Positions 1 through 15,022 of a stretch of 64,000 nt of DNA are shown piece by piece; position 1 is the stretch's first letter; every line of letters starts with the position of its first letter. Source of the DNA: Dictyostelium discoideum. Its lineage: Eukaryota. A program made the position numbers and the translations under genes. The stretch covers positions 3,872,001-3,936,000 of the forward strand of contig CM000151.3 of NCBI GenBank assembly GCA_000004695.1, written 5' to 3'. The notes under the pieces were generated by a model. It worked only from the letters and a program-made list of their open reading frames with translations. It did not search any database and was not told where the DNA came from.

Positions 1-872
1 CAATGTTAAAGGTTTGGAAAGGTTTGAATTCAAATCGTTTTGCTTATATTTTTAGATATCCAATTACAAAAGATGAAGCACCAGATTATGATTCAGTAAT
101 TAAACATAGAATGGATTTAACAACTTTGAAAAAGAAATTAGATGATCAAGTTTATAACACTTGTAGTGAATTTAGCAAAGATGTAATTTTAATTTTTAAG
201 AATGCAATGATCTACAATCAAGAGGATTCCGATATTTATAATATGGCTGCATCAATGAAGAAAATCGCTGAAAAAGAAATGGAACCTTGCTTTGCAACTG
301 AAGAATTATTACAAAGTGGCGCTGCAAATTCATTGGGTACAAGATCAAATAGAAGTGGTTCAAATACTCCTTTATCTACAAGTACTTCTGGTAATATAGT
401 ATCTTCTTCTGGTAATGGTGGTGGTGGTGGCGGCGGTGGTAGTGGGTCCACTATGCCCTCGCCATCAATCAGAGGTAGAAATAAACCAACTGTAAATACA
501 ACCATATCGGCAAATTCTTCAACATCTTCCACCACCACTACCAACACCACTACCTCCCCAGCTACTACCACTACCACTGCTACAACTCCTAGATCAAAAA
601 AGAATACTTCATCAACATCTTCTATAGCGAGTGAATCTGATCAATCAAATCCAAATACACCATCATTACAAGAGGAAACAATTGATACTTCAGATCATGA
701 TTCTTCAACCTCAAAATCAAAAGGTAGAGCTACAAGAAGTAGTACTAGAAAATCAACTACTGCTGAATCTACACCAGAATTAAAAGAAGATATAATTCCA
801 ATTAAAAAAGTTTCAAAGAGACAAAGAAATTCAAAAACTGATGAAACAATAACTCATCAAGATGATCTTTAA
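1..872 (+). CDS. Bromodomain-containing protein, C-terminal part (gene starts upstream of window); bromodomain followed by Ser/Thr-rich tail
   Basis: ORF 3..872; motifs YIFRYPI..APDY..I..PMDL.T...KL....Y.....F..DV.LIF.NAM.YN match the bromodomain ZA/BC region; stop TAA at 870-872. Confidence 0.7.
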   Translation, partial: MLKVWKGLNSNRFAYIFRYPITKDEAPDYDSVIKHRMDLTTLKKKLDDQVYNTCSEFSKDVILIFKNAMIYNQEDSDIYNMAASMKKIAEKEMEPCFATEELLQSGAANSLGTRSNRSGSNTPLSTSTSGNIVSSSGNGGGGGGGGSGSTMPSPSIRGRNKPTVNTTISANSSTSSTTTTNTTTSPATTTTTATTPRSKKNTSSTSSIASESDQSNPNTPSLQEETIDTSDHDSSTSKSKGRATRSSTRKSTTAESTPELKEDIIPIKKVSKRQRNSKTDETITHQDDL

Positions 873-947
873 AAATAATAAAAATAATTTTTTGTAAATA
901 GTTTAAATATATATTTTTTTTTATTTTATTTTTGTTTATTTATTTCT

Positions 948-3900
948 CTAATTATCAATATTTGTAATACTATTTTTTGTTAATTTTATAAATATTTGTT
1001 CTATTGAAGTTTGACTAACAGAATAATCATCTAAAATGAATTTTAATGATTGTTCAATATTTGAAAAGATTGAAGATAATTTAATTGGATTATTTGGTGG
1101 ATTTGGTAATTCAAAACTTGCTGATAAAGCATGTTGATTGTCAATTAAACTTGCAGATGGGAATGATTGTAAGAATAACTCAACACCATTTTCAAGATAT
1201 TCTTTTTTAAATTTAACTTCAATTGAATAACCACTTCCAAATTTATCTTTAATATGTTGATTCGATCCTAATGCTTGTAATTTACCATCTTTCATAATTG
1301 TTAATTTATCACATACCGCTTGACATTCAGCTATTGAATGAGTTGTTAATATTATTGCTTTATTTTTTTTTAATTCCATTAAAACATTCCACATGAATCT
1401 TTTAACACATGCATCAACACCACATGATATTTCATCAAGTAATAGAATTGATGGTGAGCCAATGCAAGCTATTGATAATGATACTTTTCTTTTATTACCA
1501 CCAGAATAACCGGATGTGTTTGAATTTGAAATTGATTCTAAATCCATCATTTGAATGAATGCATTTACAGTATCTTTAATTTTAGACTCATCAACACCTT
1601 TAATTCTACAATATAATTCTAATTGTTCTCTTGCACTTAATAATCCAATTAATGCATCAAATTGGAAACAATAACCAATTGAAGTTAATGCATCATTTCT
1701 ATTTTTAATCAAATCATAACCATTTAATTTAATTTTACCACCAGTTGGACTAATTTCACCAGAGATCATTCCTAAGGTGGTTGATTTACCACAACCATTT
1801 AATCCAAGTAATCCAAATGTTTGACCAGTTGGTATTGCTAATGTACTATTATAAACTGCAATTTTTGATTTATAATTACCAACTGAATTAAATTTTTTAT
1901 ATAAATTATTAAAAATGATTGGATAAACATTACCACTACCACCATTAGTATTATTATCTAATAATTGTTTTACAATGATTCTTTCATTTGAAACATCAGA
2001 ATCTTCATTTGAATCTGGAATTGGTGAATTTGAAAATAATTTTGAAATTGTAAATTTACCTTTTATTTCACTTGAATAATCAATTAAAAGTATCCAAGTA
2101 ATCCAAACTATACAATGTAAAAATAAAATAGCATTTGGTAATAATCCAAAATGAAAACTCCAATAATCTATAAATGATTGATCAACTCTTGATACACCTG
2201 GGAATTTTGTAACAATTGCAAGTATTTTTGAAAAACAAAAGAATGGTGAAATTGCATAGAAACAATATTCAATTATATCAGTAAGGAATTGAAATGAAAT
2301 ACTATTCTCTTTAATTGCCCAAACTCTTAAAATAAATGAAATAACTGTAAATATTAAACCAACACCAAAATGAATTGCAAAGATTGCACCAACAGCTTTA
2401 CCATGTGATGAAAATTTAAATGACATTAAATATGATAATGGAATAATTGAAAATGTGAATAAAACAACACCACTAATATATAAATCGAAATGAGTTCTAA
2501 ATTTATCATCTACTGCAATGATTACAATTGTTAAAAATATAACTAGTATAAATGTTTGTAAATAATCCCAAATTAAATTTGATAACCAATAAATTGATTT
2601 TCTTAAACCTGAAATATATAATAATCTTTTAACTCTAGTTGAACGTTCATGTGATATGTTTCCTGCATGTGATGCTGCAATCAATGAAAATGAAGCCAAT
2701 GTTAAAATAATAAAGAAAACAATTGCAACGAAATTAACATCCAATGAAGCCACTTCTAATGGACTTTGAATATGTTCAAATGGTAATGAAGTTGTTTGGA
2801 TCCTTTTACCAGTTACTGATCTTAAAATTTCTGAATCAACAAAATTGATATAAATTGGTAAAGCATGTAAATAATCTTTATTGAAAAATACATTATAATG
2901 AAGGAATTTAACATTTTTAAAATAACGAAAATCGAAATATAATGCACCTGGAACACCGAAATAGTGATGAATTAAATAATCATGTAATTCATCATATGGT
3001 ACCAATGTAGTTCTATCTGAATGTCCAATTGAATTGTCAAATAATGATGTCATTGTTTCATTAACTTTATCAATTGAAACTGGTGTAACTGATTTACCAT
3101 AAACATTAAAATCAAGTATCAAAGGTTGAGTAACTGTATTATAAATATCAATAGTTCTCATATTTTTATATAATATTAAACCACCAGCTAATATTAAAAT
3201 TGGAATTAAAATTGAAAGAACAAATGATTTTATATCTTTTCTAGATGTTTTGACCCTTTTTATTAATAATCCTTTTAATTGTTGATAACTTTTAATACCT
3301 GAAGAATTTGTTTTTAATGCAGTATTTAAAACTGATTGATTAAAATTTGGATTTGTTTCAGAATTTGAAATTATCTTTAAAAATACTTCTTCCAATGTTG
3401 TAATTGAAATACCATAGTTTTCAATTGATAATTGTTTTTTTCTATCATCTAATTCTTTAAATAAATTTGAAAAATTTCCAATTGATTCATTTGGTAATCT
3501 AAAACATAATTCAGTACCGGCATCAGATAATAATGAACCTTTTGGTATATGATTAAATATAATATCACTAATGGTTTTTGTTAAATTTGAATTATTAATT
3601 GAATTATGTTCTTTTGAAATTGTTAATAAATAACCTACACCGAATCTATTCTTTAAGAATAAACTTGATCCATTGCATTTTAATTCACCATTTGCGATAA
3701 TTGAAATTGTATTTGATAGAATATCACATTCTTCTAAATAATGACTAACTAGAATAATGGTTTTATTTTCTCTATATTTTAAAATGAAATCCCAAATTAA
3801 TCTTCTATTTGATGCATCTAAACCTGATGTTGGTTCATCGATTAATATTATATCACTATTTGGTCCGATGAATGCAATTGCTAAACAAAGTTTACGTTTT

Positions 3901-5662
3901 TGACCACCTGATAGAGTTCCAGCTGGTGCATTTAATTTTTCACCTAATCCAACTTCTAATGCTATTTTTGTAGCTTCAACTTTTCTTTGATTTGAATTTG
4001 TAAAACCTTTTAATGCTGCATAAAATTCTAAATGTTCCATTACAGTTAACTGTTCCCAAATTATATCAGATTGTGGACAAACTCCTAAATGTTTTCTAAT
4101 TTCATCTATATTATTCCTAATATCAAATCCATTAATTAAAGCATCACCAGATGTTGGCTCAATCATACCAGTTAACATACTAAGTGTTGTTGATTTTCCA
4201 CTACCATTTGGACCTAGAAATGAATGAATTCGATTTTTATACATATCAATTGATAAATCATTAACTGCAATTCTATTACCATCACCAGTTTTAAATTCTT
4301 TTCTTAAATTTCTAATTGAAATTGTTGGTCTTTCTAATTGATGTTCAATTTTTTCAAAATTCTTTTCATTATATGAACTATTTCTATTACATGAAGTTGC
4401 CTCCACGTCAAACACTCCATTATTATTAATATTTGATTTTTTATTTTTTCTCCAATAATTCTTTGTTAAAAAGAAATACCATTTCTTTGGAATACCATAT
4501 TCACCAGTTATAACATTATCTAAATACCATAAAATGAGAATATATAAAAAGATATCAAAAACTAACATTCCAATAATTTCATATTCATTTACCATATTAA
4601 CATTTATATCAACTTCTTTGAAAACTATTAAATCTTTATAACACCAAACATAATTTGCAACTGAAATTGCAATTGGTGAAAATAAACATGATAATAATTT
4701 TAAAGTTGGTGATATATTAAAACGACCAATTATAATTCCAATACCAGATAATAATAATACTATTAAAAATGCCATTAATCCAGCATATTTTGATTTTGTA
4801 AAAAATTTACATAGAATAAATGCAATTAATAATAATGTTATCGAGTATGGTATTAATATTAATATTAAAGTTATCCATTTTACATGATGAACTAATTGTG
4901 ATGCTGATAGTATAATTGAAACTAATAAAGTTGATGATAATAATGTAATCAATGATATAATAGAATTTGAAATATAATATGCAAAACTATTCAAACCCAT
5001 GGTTTTCATACCTTCTAATATTTTAGTTTCTTTTTCAATTACAATATTTGTTATCAATGTAAACAATGTTGCAAATAATGATGCAGTAATAAACACACCA
5101 CCCGTATTTAAAAGTATTAATTTCCTTCCGTCGGTCCATTTCTCCCAAAATGAAATATACGGATTTGGAAATCTTTGGCCAGTTGCGAATATTGGTATTG
5201 CAATTTGATTGGTTAATAAAATCGCTTGATCAACTCCAGTTTGAATTTGTGTGAAATAATGTCTTAAATAAATTTGTGAATCTTCTCTATCTTGAAATTG
5301 CTGTGTATTGTCATGTGTAAAATCCGAATCAACTCGTATACTATATTTAATTGTATTTCCATTGAAACTATCATCTGGAAACCATACACCACCCATTACA
5401 CCTCTATAATTAAATGGATCATGGAAATATTCATCCATTGATTCAATATCTTTAAATTCGACAAAACATCTATTAATATAATCATTACTAAATTCTGGAT
5501 GTTGAATTGAAACTTGTAATTTTAAATTATCAAGTATATTTCTTTGATCACTATTTAATCCACCATTTGATCCAATTAATAATTGTTTTGTATGTGCAAT
5601 ATCAAAAGCAAATCCACTTGCTGGTCTTTCTTTAAAATCTCTTGTAATAATCATTGATAAAT
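948..5662 (-). CDS. ABC transporter A-family (ABCA full transporter), exon 2 of 2
   Basis: 1568-aa ORF with two NBDs (Walker A GPNGSGKST / GLNGCGKST, signatures LSGGQKRK / YSGGNKRK) and two multi-TM blocks; acceptor tatAG at 5663-5664. Confidence 0.85.
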
Positions 5663-5751
5663 CTATATTTTTTTGGAATAATTTTTTATTATTATTTTGG
5701 AAAAAAAATAAAAAAAACTTTTTTTGGAAAAAAAAAAAAAAAAAAACTTAC

Positions 5752-5884
5752 ATAATATACCAAATAAAATACCAATTGATATCAATGGTAATAAAATTTC
5801 TAATAATAGTTTTATTTTTGATTTTCCTTTTAATGTCCAATTTTTTTTTAAAAGTGGAATTAATTGATTTTTGATTGATTCCAT
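5752..5884 (-). CDS. ABCA transporter exon 1 ([20 protein letters not shown]...GIL)
   Basis: ATG at 5884; donor GTAAGT at 5751-5746; 89-bp AT-rich intron; splice gives ...GILY-LSMIITRDFKE in frame with exon 2. Confidence 0.7.
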
Positions 5885-6476
5885 TTTTATTTTTATTTTA
5901 TTTTATATTTTTATTAATTTTTTATTTTTATTTAAATAGATATTTTTTTTTTTTTTTATTACTAAGATTTATAAATGAGGCCAAGAAAATAAACAAGAAC
6001 AAAAAAAAAAAAAAACAAAAAAAATAAAAAAAAAACAATTTGAAAAATATTTAAAAATTAATGGTGTGGTAATTGAATTCAATAAATAATAGTTTATTTA
6101 AAAAAAAAAAAAATAAAAAATAAAAATATAAAAAAAGAATTTTTTTTTTGTCGCTGATTTTTATTTTTTTTTTTTTTTTTTTATTAGTCTTTTTTTAATT
6201 AAAATCAATTTCCAATTTGGGATTTTTATTTTTAAAAATATTTGAAAAAGGAGTTATTGGAAAAACTGATCAAAAAAAAAAAAAATAAAATAAAATAAAA
6301 TAAAATAAAAAAATAAAATAAAAATAAAAAAAAATTTTTAAATTTTCAAATATTTAAATTTAGTAATAAAACAATTTTAAAAATAATATTATAGTTTATT
6401 TTCAATCCCAATTTTTTATTTTTATTTTTTTTCCTAATTATTTAATTTTACAATTTTAGCACTTCACCCTTAACAC

Positions 6477-6530
<54 letters not shown>

Positions 6531-6721
6531 AAAAATATAAAAATTAAAAATAAAAAAACACAAAAAAAAAAAATAAAAAAATAAAAAAAATTATAAAATT
6601 TGTTAATTTAAATTAAATATTTTGTGTGAGACAAGAGAAAAATAACTTCAAATAAAAAAACAATATATCTTTATATAAAATATTTTTTTTAAAAATAAAA
6701 AAATTAAACTATCAATAAAAA

Positions 6722-6738
6722 ATGTTAATTAAAGAATA
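6722..6738 (+). CDS. Phosphatidylinositol transfer protein (PITP) exon 1 (MLIKEY-)
   Basis: ATG TTA ATT AAA GAA TA|GTATGT; joined to exon 2 gives MLIKEYRMVLPLTVEEYQ, cf. metazoan PITP MVLLKEYRVILPVSVDEYQ. Confidence 0.6.
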
Positions 6739-6861
6739 GTATGTACCCCTCTCTTATTTATAATTTTATTTTTAAAAATAAAAATTATATGTTATTAATA
6801 TTAATATTAATATTAAAATTTTATTTTATTTTATTTTTTTTTAAAAAAAAATAAATTTTAG

Positions 6862-7130
6862 TAGGATGGTTTTACCTTTAACGGTTGAAGAATATCAAAT
6901 AGCACAATTATATATGGTAGCAAAAAAAAGTAAAGAATCAACAAAAGGTGGTGAAGGTATTGAAATTATAAAGAATGAACCTTTTGATAATGAAAAAGGT
7001 AAAGGTCAATATACTGAAAAAATTATTTATTTAGCAAACTCATTACCAAGATTTGCAGCTGCAATTTTACCATCAAGTGCTTTAAAAATTGAAGAAAAAG
7101 CTTGGAATGCTTATCCATATTGTAAAACTG
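6862..7130 (+). CDS. PITP exon 2
   Basis: acceptor ttttAG at 6860-61; ORF 6866..7144 encodes ...AQLYMVAKKSKESTKGGEGIEI..KGQYTEKI..AWNAYPYCKT (PITP signature); donor G|GTATGT at 7131. Confidence 0.8.
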
Positions 7131-7158
7131 GTATGTTTAAATAATTATAATAAAATAA

Positions 7159-7192
<34 letters not shown>

Positions 7193-7240
7193 CGCTAACT
7201 TTTTTTTTTTTTAATTTTTTTAATAAATAATTTTTATTAG

Positions 7241-7248
7241 AATACAGC
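7241..7248 (+). CDS. PITP putative 8-nt micro-exon (AATACAGC); needed to restore frame between exons 2 and 4
   Basis: ttattAG|AATACAGC|GTTTGT; gives CKT-EYS-CPFFGEKLVLSIE, which recovers the conserved NEY of PITP; inferred from phase arithmetic only. Confidence 0.3.
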
Positions 7249-7362
7249 GTTTGTATCTTTTTTTTAAAAAAAAAATAATAAAAGGTAGGTTAAAAATAAT
7301 ATATTAATTTTTAAAAAAATAAAAAATAAAAAAAATAAATAAAAAAAACGATTTAATTATAG

Positions 7363-7593
7363 TGCCCATTCTTTGGAGAGAAATTAGTATTATCAATTGA
7401 ATCAATGCATTTACCAGGTAGAGGTGAAGTTGAAAATGCTTTGAAATGTGATGCAGAAACATTAAAACAAAGACATGTTGACTTTATTGACATTGCAAAT
7501 GATCAACCAAAGGAATACATTAAAGAGGAAGATCCAAAAATATTTAAATCAGTAAAAACAGAAAGAGGTCCATTAGATGATCCAAAATGGAGA
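7363..7593 (+). CDS. PITP exon 4 (CPFFGEKLVLSIESMHLPGRGEVEN...DDPKWR)
   Basis: acceptor attatAG at 7361-62; matches PITP FLIKIETWHKPDLGTQEN...EEDPAKFKS..TGRGPL; donor AGA|GTACAT at 7594. Confidence 0.75.
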
Positions 7594-7682
7594 GTACATT
7601 ATCTTTTAAGTTTTATTTTTTTTTAGAAATTAAATTGTATTAACCTAATAATTACCAAAAAAAAAAAAAAAAAAAAAAACAG

Positions 7683-7904
7683 GACAAAGTTGAACCAGTA
7701 ATGACATGCTATAAATTAGTTCATGCAGAATTTAAATATTGGGGTTTCCAAACTAAAGTTGAAAATGTTATCCAAGATACAGGTGTAAGAGATGTACTAT
7801 TAAAAGCACACAGAGCTTTATTTTGTTGGATTGATGAATGGTTTGGTTTAACAATTGAAGATATTAGAAAAATTGAAGAAGAAACTAAAGCAGAATTAGC
7901 AAAG
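7683..7904 (+). CDS. PITP exon 5 (DKVEPVMTCYKLVHAEFKYWGFQTKVENVIQ...ETKAELAK)
   Basis: acceptor aaacAG at 7681-82; matches PITP [23 protein letters not shown]...LFCWLD.W..LT..DIR..EEETK; donor AAG|GTAATT at 7905. Confidence 0.8.
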
Positions 7905-7928
7905 GTAATTTTTATTTTATTATTATTT

Positions 7929-7960
<32 letters not shown>

Positions 7961-8004
7961 GTTTTATTTCTAATTAATTTATTTATTTATTTATTTATAT
8001 ACAG

Positions 8005-8037
8005 AAATTAGAAGAAAATAAAGCTGCAAATAAATAA
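8005..8037 (+). CDS. PITP terminal exon (KLEENKAANK*)
   Basis: acceptor atacAG at 8003-04; stop TAA at 8035-8037. Confidence 0.55.
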   Translation, partial: KLEENKAANK

Positions 8038-8100
8038 ACAAAACATTATTGAAAAAAAAAAAAGATAAAATTTAAAAGCAAATGAAGAAATTCTATCTGT

Positions 8101-8255
8101 TTTTATTTTATTTTTCCCAAAACAAATCAAAATAAATCAAATCAAATCAAATCAAATCAAATCAAATCAAAACCAATCAAAACAAAACAAAACAAAACAA
8201 AATAAATCAAATCAAAACAAAACAAAACAAAACAAAACAAAATTAATAAAGGTGT
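8101..8255. repeat. (AAATC)n / (AAAAC)n pentanucleotide microsatellite in the 3' intergenic region between PITP and the cyclophilin gene
   Basis: aaatcaaatcaaatcaaatcaaatcaaatcaaaaccaatcaaaacaaaacaaaacaaaac... Confidence 0.9.
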
Positions 8256-8323
8256 TATATGTAATTAAATTAAGTTAGATTCAATCTGCTACTTTATTTA
8301 TTTTTTTTTTTCCCCTTTCATCA

Positions 8324-8683
8324 TTACCATTTCTCAGAAATGATTTTAACGGAATTTAAATAAGAAAGTAATGGGAAATTTTGTTGTAAATAAGAATTTC
8401 CTTCTGAATATATTAAAGATTGATCAGGTTCTTCACCATAACCACCATAAAAGTTTAAAGTATTATTGAATCCTGAAATCACTTTACCAAATGGACTGAA
8501 ACCTGCAGAATCAAGGAAAGAATTATCTGCATAATTTATAAATAATTGAGTAGTTCTACAACATGCTTGATTATTTTCTTCTTCTGCTGCAAATGTAATT
8601 GTACCTGCTGTATTTGAAATAACTACTGGATCATTTGGTATTGTAATATTCCATTTATCATTTAATGATGAATCTGGTGAAAT
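8324..8683 (-). CDS. Cyclophilin-like protein exon 2 (ISPDSSLNDKWNITIPNDPVVISNTAGTITFAAEEENNQACCRTTQLFINYADNSFLDSAGFSPFGKV...)
   Basis: acceptor taaAG at 8685-84; GTITFA....N..Q.FI.......LD....FGKV matches cyclophilin GTLSMAN.G.NTNGSQFFI.T....WLDGKHVVFGKV; stop TAA at 8326-8324. Confidence 0.6.
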   Translation of the reverse strand: MSPDSSLNDKWNITIPNDPVVISNTAGTITFAAEEENNQACCRTTQLFINYADNSFLDSAGFSPFGKVISGFNNTLNFYGGYGEEPDQSLIYSEGNSYLQQNFPLLSYLNSVKIISEKW

Positions 8684-8798
8684 CTTTATTTTATTTATTT
8701 ATAGTTTATACACATTTTTAGCTTTTACTCCTCTTTTTCATTATTTATTATTTTTTATTTTTTTATTTATAATTTATTAATTATATTATTATACATAC

Positions 8799-9047
8799 AC
8801 CAAATTGAGCAACAAATAATGGAGTTTGAATAACTCTAAAGAATGCATTATCAGTATAGAAACCATCTTGAACTAATGCATAAAATCTATCACTACCATA
8901 TGGTGAATAGGATCTATTTACAAAAATCTCAACATCACCTTTACTTGTTGAAAATACAACATTATATGTTTGTGGTGATTGTTGACTTATTACTATTCCA
9001 ATAAATGATAAAATAATAAATAATGATGTAATATTAAATTTATTCAT
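8799..9047 (-). CDS. Secreted cyclophilin-type peptidyl-prolyl isomerase-like protein, exon 1 (signal peptide + N-terminal half of the domain)
   Basis: MNKFNITSLFIILSFIGIVIS signal peptide; FYALVQDGFYTDNAFFRVI / VAQFG resemble cyclophilin F..L..G.Y.G..FHRII / MCQGG; donor GGT|GTATGT at 8798. Confidence 0.6.
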
Positions 9048-9368
9048 TTTGTTTTTTTTTTTTTTTTTTTTGTTTTTTTGGTTGGAAAAATGAAAATTAA
9101 AAATTAAAAATTAAAAAAAAGGAAAATAGCAGAAATAAAAAAATAATTAAAAAAAAAAAAAAAAAATTGGAATAGAATTTCTGTGGATTGTTATGAAAAT
9201 AAAAATAAAAATAAAAAAAGATTTGTGTTGGTGTGGTAAAATTAAAAATTGAAACATCAGGATATCTTTTTTTTTTTTTATTATTTTTAAAATAATTTTA
9301 TTTAATTTGTTTTAATTTGTTTTTTTTAATTTTTTTTTTTAATTTATTTTTAATTTATTTTTAATTTA

Positions 9369-12593
<3,225 letters not shown>

Positions 12594-12678
12594 CTTTAAA
12601 AAAATAAATTAATAAATTAATAAATTAATAAATTAATAAATTAAAAATATATATATGTATGTATATATTTATATTTAA

Positions 12679-12958
12679 GTTTGAAATTAAATTTAATTGA
12701 TAACAAAGTTCATTTAATCTTTCTTGTGATAAAGTTGAAATTATATTTAATAAATCTGATTTTGATTCAACAAATGAAACATTTCTTAATGCAATCTCTT
12801 TAATTTCAGGGAAATTTTTAAATACTATTTTTTGTAATTCTTGAATATTCTGATAATGAATACCTGTTGCTTGATCTTTTGTTAATTCTTCTCCTGTAAA
12901 ATTATCAATATCAAAATTATAATAAACTTTTAATATTCCTAATAATCCTTCTAAAACT
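12679..12958 (-). CDS. Aquarius exon 3 (SVLEGLLGILKVYYNFDIDNFTGEELTKDQ...FPEIKEIALRNVSFVESKSDLLNIISTLSQERLNELCYQLNLISN); 3' boundary unresolved
   Basis: acceptor aaatAG at 12960-59; aligns residue-by-residue to human AQR [22 protein letters not shown]...[45 protein letters not shown]; no canonical GT donor on this strand between 12601 and 12700. Confidence 0.6.
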
Positions 12959-13053
12959 CTATTTTATAAATAAAATAAAAATAAAAATTAAAATTAAAAA
13001 TTAAAAATTAATATTTAATTATTATATAAAAATAAAAAATAACCAATACATAC

Positions 13054-13315
13054 GACTTTGATTTATCATCATTTGATTTTAAAAATTCAGATTGAGATGT
13101 TTTTAAAATAAAATGAAAATCATCAAATAAAGCGAAAAAGAATCTTCTTGTTGTAATTTGAGTCATTAAATCAATCATAAACTCTAAAAATCTTTCACAA
13201 TAATTTAATGATTCTTTAAATTGTGTAAAATTTGATGATTTCAATCTTTCTAAATTATTTAAACTTTCAATAAATTGTTTCATTAAATCTAATAAAAAAT
13301 TTGAATATTTAATTT
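13054..13315 (-). CDS. Aquarius exon 2 (EIKYSNFLLDLMKQFIESLNNLERL...NYCERFLEFMIDLMTQITTRRFF..LFDDFHFIL...)
   Basis: acceptor ttttAG at 13317-16; donor TC|GTATGT at 13053; matches human AQR [36 protein letters not shown]. Confidence 0.75.
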
Positions 13316-13386
13316 CTAAAATAAAAAAAAAATAAAAAAAGTTAATATTTTTTGTTAAAAAAATATAAATAAATAAAGATAAATAC

Positions 13387-14140
13387 CAATTGAATTTGAA
13401 TTATTATTTGATAATTTTTCAATTTTCTTTTTAAATAATCTTAATTTCTTTTCTAATGGTTCTGATAATGATTGAGATTCTTGTTGAAATCTTCCAGATG
13501 ATAAATGTAACCAAATTGGATAAGAAACAATCTTTAAACATTCATTTCTAACCAAGACATCTTCAACATTTTGAAAAGCGTTAATGAAAAACTTTATGAA
13601 ATTACATTTCTCTATATCTGTCAATTCTGATAAATCAATTTGTAATAAACTTTCAAATAAATTTTTAAAACTTGATGATGGTGATGATTCTTCTTGTTCA
13701 CTATTATCATCAGATGATGATGATGATTTTGAATGAAATGTTTGGAATGAGTTTAAACCTTCTTTTGATTTTTCATTTACCATCATTAGAATTGACATTA
13801 TATGATATTTATTGGTTGATGTAGTTTTATTGAAATTTGGCCATAAATAATTCTCGAGGTAATGTGATAATTCTAATAATTGAACTCTTTGATCTGATTT
13901 TAACATTTCATCTTTGTATATCTTTTCAACTAAATTACTATCAAATGTTTTGGTATTAACTTCTTTTAACCACTGTTGTTTACTTAATTTGGTAATTTCA
14001 TCACTTAAAACTTCTGAAAGTGTTAATTTATTACTACTAACACTATTATTACTATTATTATCTAATTTTTGTTTTTTTCTATTGTCATCATTTTCTTCAT
14101 TATCTGTACCATGCTTATTGGATTTATTATTCCCAACCAT
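13387..14140 (-). CDS. Aquarius exon 1 (N-terminus)
   Basis: ATG 14140; LTLSEV..ITKL...W, EKIYKDEMLKS, LLELSHYLENYLWPNF, KYHIMSILMMVNEKS match the AQR N-terminal domain; donor G|GTATTT at 13386. Confidence 0.75.
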
Positions 14141-14218
14141 CTTTTATGAATGTGTAATATAATTAAATGATCTTTCAATTGTTGAAATTTTTCATTTTTT
14201 GAAAATTTTCAAAATCAA

Positions 14219-14261
<43 letters not shown>

Positions 14262-14560
14262 TTTTATTTTTACTTTATTTTTGTCACGATTATTTTGGAA
14301 ACTTTATAAAAATCTCAAAAAAAAAAAAATAAAAATAACTTAAATCAATCATTTATATTTCAAAAAAAAATATATGAAAGTAAAAAATAAAAAAAAAAGA
14401 AAATATTAAATAAATAAATGGAATGGTTTAAAATGATAAAAGATTGTTTTCAAAAAAAAAAAAAATAAAAAAAAAAAAAAAAACAATTTTGTAATCTCAA
14501 ATAATCATTAATATTATATTTATTTATTTATTTTTTTTTTTTTTTGTTTTTAATAATTTG

Positions 14561-14670
14561 TTTTTTTTTTATTTGTTTAATTTCTTTCTTTTTTAAGAAT
14601 AAATTTTTATCTTTTTTTTTTTTTTTTATTTGTTTAATTTCTTTCTCTTTTTTTTAAGAACAAATTTTAA

Positions 14671-14680
<10 letters not shown>
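14561..14680. repeat. ~60-bp tandem direct duplication in the vatD upstream region
   Basis: tttatttgtttaatttctttc(t)ttttttaagaa(t/c)aaatttt.atctttttt occurs twice in tandem. Confidence 0.8.
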
Positions 14681-14709
<29 letters not shown>

Positions 14710-14748
14710 TAAAACAATGTCTGGAAAATAGATTTTGGTTTAATTAAA

Positions 14749-14784
<36 letters not shown>

Positions 14785-14871
14785 TGTTCTGGGCAAACAC
14801 AAAACCAAAAAGTTTATGATTTTTTCTATTTTTTTATTTTTTTTTTCCACTGTGTTTTAGCCTGGTCATAC

Positions 14872-14902
<31 letters not shown>

Positions 14903-15022
14903 AAAATTTAATTTTTATTTTTATTTTTTTTTTTTTTTTCTAATTTTTTTATTTATATTTATATATATATTTTATCTTTTTATTTATTCTTTATCGAATA
15001 TCATAATTAAAAGAATAAAACA

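Noticed and set aside
236-577. Antisense ORFs inside low-complexity coding regions (236..577-, 11134..11334+, 11765..11974+ poly-Y, 21019..21273+, 23936..24268+, 24352..24957+, 48305..48940-, 59710..59892+ and others)
   Set aside because: These are the complementary strands of poly-Asn/Ser/Gln codon tracts (AAT/AAC/TCA repeats), whose reverse complements (ATT/GTT/TGA-free) are stop-poor. They show no conservation and overlap well-supported genes.
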